From: Wallemia ichthyophaga EXF-994
Taxonomy: Eukaryota; Fungi; Basidiomycota
NCBI RefSeq assembly: GCF_000400465.1
Contig: NW_008806287.1
Span: forward strand, 240,001-272,000
Length of the DNA: 32,000 bases
Direction: 5' to 3'
Below, piece after piece: positions 30,769-32,000 of the stretch. How positions within the stretch are numbered: position 1 is the stretch's first letter; each line of letters begins with the position of its first letter. A program made the translations under genes and the position numbers. Below the pieces are notes generated by a model, which saw nothing but the letters and a program-made list of their open reading frames with translations, made no database searches and was not told where the DNA came from.

Positions 30769-32000
30769 ATGCAGAGAACACGGTCAAACGAAACATCTTC
30801 GCCGAGCTCGTCCAGTAAGAAAGGCCGCGGTGTTCGATCTCGTAAATCAACTCCAGTCAGTACAGACGCTAAACCTGGCCCCGTACCGCGACCCCGGGCG
30901 CAGAAGCACCGGTTAAGTAACACGTCTACTCCAGCGCCTGAACAGCCATCTGCGAAGCGACCGAAATCACTGCAACAGCCGTCGTCGTCTGGCGTTCGAT
31001 CCGTAGACGTGATCGATCTCATCAGCGACGAAGACGGCGAAGAAACACCACCATCGATCCCATCCACTTTAAAGACAACACAGAAGGATAAAACGTCATC
31101 AATCAAGCACCATAAGAAGCAGAAAGCAACTGCATCGAAGCATCAAAATCAACAAGAGCAGCAGCCTGCCATACAATATCAACTAGTACCTAATGCAACT
31201 CCAATTCGACCCAATCCGTCTGTGCAGCACCCGCAGATAAGGACACCAACACCTAATCCACTCCCTGAAACGCGCCTCAGTCTGCCTTTCACATTGAAGC
31301 AGAGATCCGGGTATGTGTATGATGCGATGATGGTAGCACATGCAACTCAATACGATAATGAGCACGATCAGACTGAAGTGCCTGAACGCATCACTTTCAT
31401 TTTCACCACTCTCGCTAAAGCTCGCTGCATCAAGCTGATGAAACCTATACGGTGCAGACGCGCACTGAAAAAGGAGCTCATGTTAGTGCACAGTCAGAGA
31501 CATATCAATGATGTCAACGCTTTGCAATGTGAGTGTGTTATTATATGCCATATTCCATTAACATGTTCACTCAAGTTATCCCAGAAATCACCTTATATGG
31601 ACTTAGAGGGGTTTACGATAAAGAGAGCAGCATATTTGTTAATCCATTTACATCAGACTGCGCCCTACTCGCTGCTGGTAGTCTCATCGAGTTGACTAAG
31701 GCTGTCCTCGATGGTCTCATTCAGAACGGCTTCGCTATCGTCAGACCTCCAGGTCATCACGCAGAGCCCGAGCACGCTATGGGTTTTAGCTTTTACAATA
31801 ATGCTGCAGTTGCTGCGCGCTGGGCTATCACATCTTACAATACCATTAGAAAAGTATTGATATTAGATTGGTGGGTGATTTAGCTAGCTTTCGTAGGGCC
31901 TACTGACAGCTCCCAAGGGATGTACATCACGGTAGGTCGATGAATGTCTCATTATTGCATTATTCCTGACCCAAACCCCAGGCAACGGCACACAGAGAAC
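30769..32000 (+). CDS. Class II histone deacetylase (Hda1/Clr3-like), 5' part only; truncated by the window end
   Basis: SGYVYDAMM, VRPPGHHAEPEHAMGFSFYNNAAVAA and KVLILDW|DVHHG|NGTQR. Introns lie at 31529-31575, 31871-31917 and 31932-31981. The N-terminus is long, basic and disordered. Confidence 0.9.

Noticed and set aside
1-32000. Mobile elements, CRISPR arrays, rRNA/tRNA genes and intron-encoded snoRNAs
   Set aside because: There are no transposase, RT or integrase motifs, no terminal repeats and no repeat-spacer arrays. Introns (71 nt or less) and intergenic gaps are essentially too small and show no convincing C/D or H/ACA box pairs.

Overview
Eukaryotic (fungal) genomic DNA from an extremely compact basidiomycete-type genome. 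About 20 protein-coding genes lie in 32 kb. I traced about 54 short GT-AG introns by hand (mostly 45-60 nt), and the intergenic gaps are only 14-320 bp. This architecture suggests a Wallemia-like organism, but that is an inference and not a sequence match. Gene order: UBA2(+), PRP46(-), SOF1(-), PRP17/CDC40(+), SFP1-like(+), ORC5(-), BQT4-like APSES(+), VMA4(-), RRG7-like nuclease fold(+), EGT1(-), PAC1/PSMG1-like(+), Nudix/YJR142W-like(-), URB2(+), CDD1(+), SDH2(-), NDUFB8(-), CCT5(+), uncharacterised RING-HC + RRM protein(+), long-form MIM1/TOM13(+), and a class II HDAC(+) cut off by the window end. I found no transposon, tRNA/rRNA gene, CRISPR array or secondary-metabolite cluster, and no self-contained novel multi-gene system. 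The most interesting points are a 12-intron RING + qRRM-like gene (candidate RNA-binding E3 ligase), a CCT5 start codon split by an intron (AT|G), two head-to-head gene pairs with only 36 bp between ATGs, an Orc5 with no Walker A, an Sfp1 with one C2HC finger, a Mim1 with a long charged N-terminal extension, and SUMO-interacting motifs in Uba2 and the HDAC. All exon structures are manual predictions and have not been checked against RNA data.
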